From Oculina patagonica (Eukaryota): a stretch of 64,000 bases of DNA. The notes under the pieces were generated by a model, which saw only the letters and a list, made by a program, of their open reading frames with translations, ran no database searches and was not told the origin of the DNA. The position numbers and the translations under genes are program-made. The stretch spans positions 10,664,001-10,728,000 of the forward strand of contig NC_135770.1 of NCBI RefSeq assembly GCF_052425735.1, given 5' to 3'. Shown in pieces: positions 1 through 12,500 of this stretch (position 1 is the stretch's first letter; every line of letters starts with the position of its first letter).

Positions 1-4
1 CCAC

Positions 5-268
5 TAAATAAATCAACTTTGTTTTACGAGGGTTGCACGTAACAGTCTTCTACTGACAAACCTGTGGCCCTCGGATTCCCGATCGAATTGGAATTTAGAA
101 GTGTTGGTTTTTGTGCAGGGAGGAAAACCGGAGAACCCGGAGAAAAACCCTCGGAGCAAGGACGAGAACCAACAACAAACTCAACCCACATATGGTATCT
201 GGCCGGAATCGAACCCGGACCACATTGGTGGGAGGCGAGCGCTCTCACCACTGCGCCATCCCTGCTCC
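5..268 (-). mobile_element. tRNA-derived SINE, family A (V-SINE-like central domain), full length
   Basis: A box TGGCGCAGTGG, B box GGTTCGATTCC, core GGGTTCTCCGGTTTTCCTCCC, ATTT tail; near-identical copy at 44822-45082. Confidence 0.88.
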
Positions 269-457
269 ACTTCACTCTACATTTACTTCCGCCGAGATTG
301 TCGTAACGTCATTCACCAGTAACAGTCCTTTGCAGGACTACCCAGCGCACCCATACGATCACACTATATGAACTATTGATACTCCTAAACAACGAGGCAG
401 ACAACCCAAAAGTGCTAGCGAGAGAAAAAGAGTAAGAATCTAAGCAGATGAACTTAC

Positions 458-546
458 GTGTTAGCACATCGCCCAATTTCAGCATTGCAGAAGTCAGTGA
501 CAAAAGTGGCAAGTTGCAGTTTAAAGTCGTCTTCTATTGCGCACCA
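458..546 (-). CDS. 89-nt exon of SEA-like module 2 (WCAIEDDFKLQLATFVTDFCNAEIGRCANT)
   Basis: TTGCAG acceptor, GTAAGT donor, phase 0 to 2; WC..F...LA..V..FCN..G.C pattern shared with 5614-5699. Confidence 0.78.
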
Positions 547-3500
547 CTGCAAGATCGACAAGGAAAAGAAAGTGATATAATTGAAAAAATGATCTCACGA
601 TCCACCCATACTATAAATAAAAAGGATAGGGAAAGTTTTTGAGATGACATGGCAATTTTCGACTAAAGACTGACCTACCGAAGCAAGTGGAGACAAGCAA
701 GTATCTCGTAAGTACATAGGTTACAAAACTCTCTTAATTTATTTTAGGAAGCTGGCAATACATTACTTATTTTTTCTATACCAGAACAACATTGATGTGG
801 AGGAAGGGCCGGCAGAATACTGTGTCTTAGCCGGCGCCCCAAGAGTTTTTGAGCGCGCATTTGGCACAGGTGTCCGCCTCTCGCATTTCGCGTTTTCAAA
901 TACGCGCCCAAAACTACACTGGCGCCTGCTACGCACGCCATTTTGAACTGGGAAAAAATCGAGCGCGCAGTAAAAACGTCTGTTTACTAGGCTAGTAACC
1001 GTAGTGGAAAATATATCTATATCGAAAAACGGTAACAAACCTGTGGAATAGTGAAATTTAGAATGATGATAGTAATAGCATTGTTTATTTCTTCTTGTGA
1101 TGCATTTCTGCGGGGTCTTAGGCAACTCGGTGGTGTTGTCGGTGCTGGTGTTGTAACTGTTGAAGGAGATACAAATTGGCAAAATAAATCATTATGGATG
1201 GATGGATGAATTGACGGACGGACGGACGGATGAATGTACGCATGCATGACTACATGAAAAGATGGATGGACGGACGGGTGCATGCATGTATGCATACATG
1301 CATGCATGACTACATGAATGGATGGATCGATGCATGGATGCATGGATGGATTGATGCATGCATGCATGCACGGATGCACGGATGCACGGATGCATGGATG
1401 CATGGATGCAAGGGCTAACGGGATGGACGGGAAAATAATACAAGGATTGATAAATGAGTTTTGGGCTTTATTGGACTCATTATTGGACTGCCACTTCAAT
1501 CACATGGGGCAGAAGCTATAAAATTTCATTAAAGATATAAACGTAAATAAACATTTCTTTTTTGCACGGTTGAAATCTTCGCAAATTTTTTTTACTTACA
1601 CGGGGGAGTCGTGGGAATGCTGAATTGAGAATAAGTGGCCATGAATCCATCGTATTGCTTGGTTCTGGTACTATCGGAAACGAACAACACCGTCATGCTC
1701 TCTGTAATCGAAACAAATGTTATACTGTCCTGAGCACCGCATATTCTTTCACTTGTATTACGATCTGCAATGGCATTTTGAACTTCAAAGAAGTCACATG
1801 TGCAAGCTCCTGGCGGTCCGCACTGTTGAATGTTGAAGAAGCCAGTGACCAGCCGAATGCGTTTCCCCGGTTCTGCTGTGAGTGTCCATTGGCAAGCCTG
1901 GTTATCTGGATAAAGCCTCGGGTAAAAGGGAGTGCTGATAACGCCAGTTGTTTCATTCAGAGTTGTGTTCGGACATACTAGAACATTAAAGAAAATAATC
2001 ACATTGCATTTTAGTGTGCGGACACTTAATAAATAATTTCTACAAAATTTGCCTTTCAATCTGTAACAAATAAACGCTTAAGCGGCAGATAAGATTTCTT
2101 GTTAGCTGTTTAGCTTAAACATTGTCCTTGATCCGTGGACTTTTCTCCGGTTTCTCCGGTTTCTTCACGTCACAAAACACAATCTATCTTGATTCCAATT
2201 CGAAAGGGAATCCGGAAGCCACAGGTTTATCAGTCGTAAGACTGTTATGTGTTTTACTTATCCTCGTAAAATAAAGTTACTTGATTAATTAATCACAATG
2301 AATTAAACTGGCGGAAATTTTAAAGCCGCTTTTAGTTTACTACTTTATTTCCAAAATGACGTAAAATGAGTTTTGCGATATTTCTGTTTTATCTCTTTGA
2401 GGAGATAAGAAAACATTTTTGCTCGTTTTTAGAAACTGAAAACAGTCTGAGCAGTGTTTAAGGACCTATTTACTGAATCAGTTAGCTGTTACTTGCTGAA
2501 AAAGCTGCCATTCCCTAGATATGTCAAACCCATCCAATCGGGCCCATTTAAATTAGATCTTCCTCTCTGGGGAAAACGATATACCGCTTTTCTCATCACC
2601 TTAGGTTCAGTGTGCACAAAACAAAAAACACTTACATTCTGCTCCATCAATTGCTTCGTAAGATGCATTAAACCCTGAGTATACATTGCTGAGAGATGCC
2701 AATCTCACTTGAATGGAATTCCCCTCAGAGTACACTGGACTAGGAAGGTTTTGACCACACAGCTGAAAGTCTTCACGTCCATTATCTGAAGCAACATTTG
2801 TGATAGAAACACGGGCTCCAGGTTGCTCTCCAATACACGCTGTATTTTGATTTGGTTCCAAAGTGAAGTTGAAGAAGCTTACTTTGATGATGAGCCCACT
2901 AGGAACTGTGATGTTCCAGGTACAATTACTGTTTGCTAAGAAATTGTTTGGAAAATTTGGGCTGGAAAATACTCCACTTGTTCCGGTGAGGAAAGCTCCA
3001 GGTGGGACACACGCTTGGAAGGAGAGAAAATACAAAGTAATCCTTGAGACCCGCTCGCCGACGCTTACAGTAACAACAACAAGTTTATATGTGATCTTCT
3101 TGACAGGTTCATTCGGTACACAACACTGAAACTACACTCGATCTAACCTATTCTAAAGATTTGCTTATAAAATACAACATAATTATATATAAATGTTCTA
3201 GGGTCAAAAATGTTCACATAGAATACCTGTTAGTTTTTGTCTTGATTTTCAGACAGTATTTCCTCAAAAGTCACATTTGAAGTTGATTCGGCTGACAATA
3301 CGACCCAGCAAACGAGAACAAATGACGTGTTGTTTTAATCGATTCTTTTAAAAACAATGACATTATTTACTTTGTCGTTGATTTAAAGAGTATTATTGAC
3401 AGTTTCTACAACGGGCGTTTTGGTAGCCTCTTGATCATGAATATCTAACTGTATCTGGACTTTTTGGTTTATTCTAGCTCTGTTTTGTCTTGAGTGGCTC

Positions 3501-6500
3501 GATGCATGGCTGTAGAGTGTGTGGATCAGTTGGTGAATGATCGCATGCAATGAGAAGGAGAAAGGCAGGGAGGGAGGGATGGATGGATGGATGGATAAAT
3601 GGATGGATGGGTTAGTTAGATAGATAGAAAACTTTAATTAACGACGGTAGCTTTGTTCAAAAATTACAAAAAAATCCACTTTTGTTTTTCACAAAAGCCG
3701 TCAATTACTATATTGATAACATTAAAAAATAGTGACTAGATTACAATATAAGTTAATATACAATTATCTATATAAATAGCTATGAACAAAAAGGATCAAA
3801 CGTGTTTACAAACTATTCTAAAAATCGTCAGAGATATTGAAAGATTCTAGTTTCTTTTTAAAAACTCTCATGGATTTTTCGTGTTTCAGATCGTCTGGTA
3901 ATGCATTCCAGATCTTGAATCCAGTATGCATGGATGTATGGATAAAACATAGAAAATAAAAATACACAGGCAAAGGAAATAAACACCAATTGGATCAACC
4001 TTTATCCACCCTCTTTGAAAATGCCATACTTATGGAAAGGTGAACCTCATTACCTGGGCAAGGCTGTACGTTACATTGCTGTGTTTCGTTGCGAGGTCCT
4101 TGGCAGTCTGAGCCATTGTTGATCGGTGGTGGATTGGTACAGTTCCGGAATCGCATTTGAGTACCACCTGCACAAGGGGCACTGCAAGGTCCCCAGGGAC
4201 CCCACTCTGTAAAGTTCCCATCAACTGTAAGAAGTTAAAAACATAAAAAGAGAAGAGGTATTTTGATAGTGTCTTTGAAATGTTAAAAATAGAAAGAATA
4301 TGTCGTGTTCCTTTATTTTGCCTAAGTAAGCAACTTGATTCCAGTTTTATCTATTCTTTGATTCAACAATCCAGTTTAACGTTCTGGATAGCGAGTTTCT
4401 TAAGAATGCACTTTGGCGGCACGTTATTCATCTGTTATTTGGTATTAAGGTCCTGCATATTTGAATACAACTAAAAGGGTACTACCAGTGGCCTCTTAAT
4501 GTATCTTTACATCAATCAGCTCCCTGTGTTTCTTTTTTAAGCAAAACAAAAAGAAGTTGAACATCGCATTGAGAAATATATAATCAGGCATATTCAACTC
4601 CAACATCGAGATAAAATTAACTGATTACCTGTAAATTCTATACCAAACGTGTCGCTAATGTTTCGCAGAAACGATTCCAAAGCCGTATTCAACTCTTCTT
4701 TGGGCAACGTAACAGACGCATTCATTGCAGTCCGTAGGCGAATAAGGAACCTGAGCTCCAGTGGGCTGTTTACTCTGGGAAAACCTGGAAGTATCACGAC
4801 CTCCACATCAGATGAGGTTGGTCTTGAAGCCAGAAAAAAGTACGCAATTAGTTTGTATTCTTGGTTTTCACGTGACCTTATCAAAATTCTAAAATCCAGA
4901 ATCGCAAGGCCCCTGAGTTTTTATCCTTCACTGACTATTAGACGTCCTTAATAAATATCTTTGTGAAGGTTTTTAGCTCGATAGCATTCGCCGTCTTTAA
5001 GATAGAGCATTTTGAATTTCGGAGTTTCACGCCACACGAGATCAAAGATGGCCGCCAGATGGCTGTCACGTGACAGTGACAGTGAAAGCACCTACTCAAT
5101 GTATTAACATTTATATCTATATTTTAGACAAATACATGTACATACTAAACCAGTATAATAACTAAAGAGCTGCAAGTTTATATTCTTAAATTCTAAAACG
5201 CGGTTAGTTTATAGCAAAGTTTTTCTGCATGCTTCTTTCAAGATGGCAATCCTGGCCAAACGTCCTTGGAACACTTAACGGAACGCCAACTTGTGGCAAA
5301 TTCTTTTCAAGTGCGTAGTCGTTATTCCATTTTTTAAAAACCCTTCCTTGTCCCCTCGGAGTAATTTTGAACTACTGAGCCTGACATGGATGGATCGACG
5401 TCAAAAATACTGTGTTGCGGGTGGGGAGGGGGGAGAAGAGGAGGTGAAGGCAAAGGCCATTTGTAGGCAAAAGGGCGATTAAGCGTCCAAAGGGTTATGA
5501 CCCGGATTTTCGTTCTTAGCTGTCTTTATTATAATGGTTCTTCTTGTTTTTAAACGTTATGTAGTTAAGTACGTGGTCTCTTTAAAAAAAGTTATTGCTG
5601 CTGTAAAACTTACTCGGTAGGACATGATCCTGTCGTGTTGCAGAAGTTTGCAACACTTACAGCAAGTACTTCTGTAAAATTTCCCTCCCTATCGCACCAC
5701 TGCAAGAAAAAGGCAGAATGTTCTCTTTCTTCACATTAAATTAAATCGATTGCATCGCTAAATGACATGACGAATTTGACCATATTTGGTGCTAAAACAA
5801 ATATAAGACATTACCCATTGCACTTGTCTGGTCAAAAAGACGATAAATGACAAATACGTTATCGTAAATATTACAAACACTCTTCGAATACAGTAAAAAC
5901 CCGCGTATAAGAACAAGTGGATTAAGAACACCCAGGCCTGATTTTAGGAAATAAAGTACCATTTATATAAGAACACATTCAGCCTGAAAAATGAAAGTTG
6001 TTCTTATATGGAAAAATATCAAAGATCAACAGTACTTTTCATTGCACACATAATAGTTCCACCCCAATAACAGTACAGTATTGCCTTGATTTATCAATTT
6101 TATTAAAATTAAAATACAATTGTGTGTATATATATTGATTTCATCTATTGGTAGCCTAGTTTGTTTCTTATTTTAAGAAACTTTTTTAAGAACACTTAAG
6201 AACACTTACAGGCTGATTTTGCAGATTATAACCCTTTATATAAGAACCAAATCAGCCTGAACCGTCAAAATAGGTGTTCTTATACGCGGATTTTTACTGT
6301 AGGATGGCGTTTTAGATATGGCTAAATGTTACACAAAACATAAAAATGTGTTCAACATAACAGGGTATTTGCGACTTGCGTTTTGAAAAACAAAATGAAA
6401 CTATATAATTTGTAGCATTTAAATTGTTAATGATTAAGTCAATATTCCGGATAAAAGAAACCGCGTTGTTTCTATTCCTCTATATCTTCCCGGGGACAGA

Positions 6501-9500
6501 ACTCCCAAATCAAAGAGACGGGATACTCTTCATAAATTTGGAAACACACCTCTCATGTACCGGCGAATTTACTGCTGGGGGTAACCCTGCGATGGACTAA
6601 CATCCCATCGAGAGGGAAGTAGCAATACTCCTAGTCGCTTAATACTACCGAAACCGGGATAAGCTCCGGCCTGTATGGGCCACTAGGCTCGAAGCAGACT
6701 TTACCTACCTCTCATATAAGGTTTATCAGAGTACCAAAGATGTACCAGGGGGCGCGATTCAAGTTTATTTTTACCTGTTAGACATGCCAGCTTAGAATAT
6801 TTTTAAATGAGATATGTGATATTCCATTAACTCAATTTGAAATGAAGTCCTAGCTGGTTTTCATGCCTCAGCTCTATCCATGTCGAATTGGAGTTTGGAA
6901 ATGTTGATTTTTTTCCGGCTAGAGGAAAACCGTAGTAGCCTGAGAAAAAACCTCCGAGCAAGGTAAGAACCAACAACAAGCTCTCCCTACATGTGGCACT
7001 TTAACCATACAAAAAATACCTAGAAATTTCCAAACCAAATAGGCAAGCAATATCCTTATATTACACTTATTTTCTTCATAATCATTTTCTCATATACTTA
7101 CAATACAAATAAAAACCTGAGTTTTAAACATTACAAACCTCTGGAATAGACAAATTCGGAATAACCAATGAAACGGAATTTGCAACCTCCTCTTGAGTGA
7201 CAGGTTGTCGATTTGCCAAACAAAATGGCGGCGTTGTTGGTGGAGCTGTTGTGGTATCTGGCGGTCCTGTTGTAGTATCTGGAGGACCTGTGGTAGTATC
7301 TGGCGAACCTGTTGTGGTACCTGTTGTAGTATTTGGTGGAGCTGTTGTAGTATCTGGTGGACCTGTTGTGGTACCTGTTGTAGTATCTGGTGGACCTGTT
7401 GTAGTATTTGGTGGAGCTGTTGTAGTATCTGGTGGACCTGTTGTAGTATTTGGTGGACCTGTTGTAGTATCTGGCGGTCCTGTGGTAGTATCTGGTGGAC
7501 CGGTTGTCGTAGGGGGGGCTAGATAAAAGATTAAATGCTTGTTTAAAATGACGATGACAATTTGAAAAGCGCAATTTGGATCTGCAAATATACTGGCAGC
7601 TGTTGCTTAATCTTACTTTGTGCATTTATCCACTTTACGAGGTTTGCTTTCACTGTGACAACATATACTACAAACACACATGCCATGTTACATCTAAGAT
7701 GCAAACAAGTTATCATTCGATATACAGTTACATCTACAAATAAACTAAAAAAACATTTCACAACAATAAATCTACTGAAAAGTGAGGTCGCTCAAGAGGG
7801 ATTCAAGAGGTTGCCTTATGAAACAATTCTCAGCCAATACGAACACAAACCAGGGCCGTAGCTTGAAAGAGGCAAGACGAGGCACTTGCCTCGTCTAGAT
7901 TTTTACCCAAAATTAAAAACAAAATTTGTTTTGTTGGAAAAATAATCCCAAGTTGAACAAGATTGTTTTCTCTCAAGAAATACCTCATGAAAAATGTCTC
8001 TGAAAGAGTTCAGACCTTCAAAATTTTCTGGAGGGCATACCCAAAGAACCCCATAGCAAATTCTTGCCTCGTCTCAGTGTAAAGGTCTGGTTACGGCCCT
8101 GACACAGACATTACAAAACAACTCGCAAAAAGGAAAAATTGCATTTCAACCTGAAGAAAAATTTTAATTGGTTGTATACAAGTAGAGTACGTATTCTAAA
8201 ACATTACGTACTTTCTCACAAAAACATACACATACACACAACTCTCATCAATTATAAATAAACGATCCCATAAATAACACTGATTTTGTTTACGAACTTG
8301 TTGGTGGCAGAAGTCGTGGCACATTCCTGTCGAAAGTTCCATCCACATTTCCTCTTGGCTTGTAACGGGCCACTACATAGTGATGTCCGCCTCCAGAAGC
8401 CACACCCACCCCAAGCTCAGTAGAACTTCTCCAAACAATCTGTGTAAAATGAAGCCATGGTAGACTTGAATTGATTGCCGTTCCTGTATCGAAATTGTAG
8501 TTTGAAATTTCATTGTACCATTCTGTTACTACTTGACTGCAGTTCACGCATGAAGTTTCAGATGCATTGCTACATATTGGTTGTGCTGGTGAGGTGAATA
8601 CACGCCCGAGATTTTCTCCAAGATTTTGGCTGTTTAAGACGGCGACTTCGTGTAGCAATGATTGGTTCTGAAGAAGAAATTGAGCCCAGGTTCTTGCCCC
8701 GTTTGCAATGTCTCTATTCCAGGTCATGGGTGTAAATGCCGAGTGCAGTGATCGAAAGTTATTGTGTGAGTCCAGACAATCTTGCTCAAAGAACGACAGG
8801 CCTGCTGGTCAGAGAATTAAACATGCACAATATTAAAAGGACAATTTTTACTTAATTGGTATATGTTCTTTAATTTTTAAATTGTCAAAGTTTATTTACC
8901 GAGGAAGAGGTTAACGCCCTAAATTTCGAAAGCATCTTATGGTGCATAGTACCAAGCACACACAATTGTAAGGGCATTTCTTATTACTTCAGACTACCCA
9001 AGTTTGGCCATACTCCATGCACCAAAAATATCGTTTTATTTGAAATTTCCTCACTGAGAATTTGTGCAACTATAAGATAAACGTGATGTAATTTGTCCAA
9101 AGAATATGCTTTTCTTGTTTAATTTTATCGGTACAAAATAAAAATTTCAATTTTCCCTCTGAGGTGATATAAATATTTCAGACCATTTGTATAGGTCTTG
9201 GTGTTATACAAGACACCAAATATGTCATGCGCGTAATATTTGTATATTATAATATTTTTGACAGGCAATGGTTATCAGTAACTTATCTCTCCTCAGAGTC
9301 TCATTTTACGAGGACAGCTAAAGAGAACTAGAACACCATGTTTAAAGAGACATTAATTTTTTTATTGAAGTAGCAGCCAATTCTTAAACTTAAGGATAGA
9401 TACTACTTTAAGACTGTCAGTGGAAAAATAAATCATATAATGAGGAAAGGCAGAGAGGAACATTGTGTCACAGCTTTGGAGTGGAGGCCAGAAGGGAGAA

Positions 9501-12500
9501 GAAGACCGGGTCGACCGAAAACAACATGGAGGAGGATGGTTGAAGATGAAAGGCAAACAGCTGGGTGGCAGTCATGGGCGAATGTCAGAGCCCTTGCAGC
9601 AAATCGTAGTGGGTGGAAAGAGAATGTCAATCAAAGCCTTATGTGCCTTATGGCATGGAGAGATATAGGATAGGACGGGATAGGAATAGCAGACGTGATA
9701 TGAGTTGTTCCAAGTTTAAAAATTAGACATATCTACACCACTTTTCATTACTTGTTGACTGTCCAGCTTAAGTTTTTTGTGATAATTCCCAATGAAATCC
9801 TGTAAGACGGGTAAACTTGTTAAATTTTGCCCAGTGTTTCAAGGCTGTTCGCGGAAACGTCCTCTGAGTGTGCTACCAGTGTTCTCGATGTTGAGAGCAG
9901 GGTAGGACATTTTCAAATGGAGACTTTTATCGAGCATTTGGTGCCTTGCGGGATAGTATGGAAGGACAACGCAGGACTCTTTGGAGCATCAAGTTGGTCT
10001 CTATCAGGCTCAGGTTCCGTTTCACGAGTTGTGAATGAGGTAATGTAACCCTTGTTTACGGGTTATCAGAGAAACTACTGAAATTACCCATTAGGTTTGT
10101 CGTCGTTCATGGCACCAAAGGTAGCCTGGGAAGATGCGTTTTTTATAACCACCGAACCGTTTGCCTTTGATCGTCAGTCTCAAGTTCTTTAAAGAGAAAT
10201 TTCAACATGACCAACAGATAATGTCTCTGGCCTTCGCCATCTGTATCGTCTGTAAGAAGAGTTGGCAAACAAAGACAAACAAAAACAAATACATTGTGCT
10301 AGATAGAGCAAGTGAATCTGAATTAGGGAACATTGCAGAGGCGTAATAGGTGAAAGTACGGGAGATTTTGCCTTGCAGTTGAAAGGGCTGATGATGAGAA
10401 GGAAAGCTGTGCACTATTACCCTTGTAGTAAATGTCATGGAGTGGCAGGTCAGAGACAAACAGTCTGTTAACAGGGTCAATAGTCGGAGAAAGATTCAAG
10501 ACAAATTACGGAGAGCGAGAAGAGGGTGAGGGCTACCTGGTTACGGGCGGGAATATACTGAGACTGTCTTTCCTCATTCCCTTCGCTCGCGGCTATTTCG
10601 TTTCCCCCTTTTCCTCAAAGAAGAGACTGTTTACAGACTACAATATGATGTGACCCTACCAACAGTGACAACGTGCCTCTCATGAAGTTTAGGTACAAAT
10701 CCTTTGTATTAGAACATCATTTGTTCTTCGACGTATCCAACGAAAAGGAAATTCTGCCCATATAGTGACTCCTCATATTCGTCTGTAAACCCAGGCAATC
10801 ATGACAAGTCCGTGACACGTTGGATGATGAAGACATGAACGGTTGTCAGGATATTACAAAGCCCGCTATGTATATATGTTACTAGGTTGTAAGCCAAAGC
10901 CCATTATGTATTCCCCTGCACGGGAAGTAGACGTACACAGCTAAATTCGGTTGTATTTGGTGACTTATCGGATAATTCATGATTGTTACGGAACATTTTT
11001 TGGGTAAAAAGGTAAATTTTGAAACAACACAATATTCTGTAATCGTAAAGTTCGTGTTTAGGTGTTTTGCACCTGCTCTTAGAACAAAGCCTTCGAATAA
11101 GAAATGAGCTCCAGGTTTTAAGGGCGTGAAAAGAAATATCTTTAGAATTTCTATATTTGTATAGCTTACGTAAGTCAAACTGAGTTGTCGAAACGCTATT
11201 GGTTACAACTCATTTTTGACAATTGTCCTTTTTGTGATGACTTTTATCATGAGTTCTGCCTGTAAGCGAGTGGGTTAAGATCTCCATTAAACACCATTTT
11301 CCTTGATGATGTTTTGGTCCACTTGATATAAAAGATCCCGGAAGGTGGCAGGGCAGTTCCCGCTCAGCCATAGAGCTTAATCCCCGAAAAATCCCCTGCT
11401 ACATGATAAACGGTTTCTGTTGGCCAACTGCATGCTGGAGCGAAAGACTTTCCACATGTAGGTTATTTGTCATAAGGATCTTGGGAACAAAGTCGAAGGT
11501 GGGAGTTTTTTGGAGTTGAGTATTTCATTGTCAGTGGAACTTACCCTTTGTTGCGCATAGAGCATAGCTTTTGCATACTGATAATGTATAAAGAGGCAAC
11601 TATATGCCACACATCCATAACGCCAGTTTTATTATTAACGCCACATGCTTGACGCATAAGGCGTTTCTCTCATTTGATGAGAGGTTATTGTAAACTGTTC
11701 TTACAACCTATATTTTGATGACCAACGACTCTAGAGGTTAATAAAGAACTTGGCGAAAGTGTTAGCAACGTGCAGAAGTCTCCATTGTCATGAGTATAAA
11801 AGAGGGGCTGCAAGCGGAGGCTGCAATTAAGGTATTTAACTCGCCCACGGCTTCAGATGCATCAATGTCTCACAGTATATGGACAACGAGTTGTCTGTGG
11901 CAACAAACATGGTTAACGGTAAACTGACTTTTAGTAAAAGTAGAGTTGACTTCCTACGTCAAGGTGGGGAGGCCCTTCACCTCCCACTAGGGACCCCCGT
12001 CCCCCAACACCATTTATGTCAAAGAGGCCACTCAATTAATTAGTATTCAGGTACGTATCAATAATCTTGTTTATAAAATAAAGTCTATCAATCTGTCTGT
12101 CTGTTTGTCTGTATGTCTCAGTTTATCTTATTTCATTTTAAAGAATAAAATTCATAAGCGCTCGATAAAGTAAAAAATTCATTCATCAAACTATCATTAA
12201 TGTTTTTACGCTTCTTTGCAACGTTGGCCTAAAATAAGCTATTGTGATGTAATTCTACCTAGAAGGCCTTGCCAAGAAGGATTTACCTGAAAAAGCTGTT
12301 GTTTTACCTGAAATCGCTGTTTATTTACCTGGCAATTAATTATAACTATTTTTATACTTCGCGTAGCTATTATTTTACCTGACATGGCCTTTTTGGCATG
12401 GTAAAGATGTTGCCTGCCTGTCATAGCTGTTTTATAATATTGTCACTCGACCCTTACCGTACATAACTCCCAAATGATGTTGTTAAATCTGGGAAGGAAT

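Noticed and set aside
190-268. tRNA-like sequences here and at 44822, 51557 and 63460-63538
   Set aside because: They are SINE heads: A and B boxes run straight into SINE bodies with no complete cloverleaf.
24-371. Overlapping short ORFs, repeated at 44796-45066
   Set aside because: Translations of the SINE; not genes.
1192-1521. His/Met/Cys-rich ORFs
   Set aside because: Translations of the GGAT/GCAT microsatellite within an intron.
5062-5076. Perfect CLEAR-like palindrome GTCACGTGAC
   Set aside because: Deep in an intron within repeat-like sequence, with no nearby transcription start evident.
8880-8980. Possible separate first exon for CAP copy 2 (two-gene model)
   Set aside because: The candidate ATG frame meets the donor in phase 0, incompatible with the phase-1 CAP exon, and it lacks a hydrophobic signal peptide.
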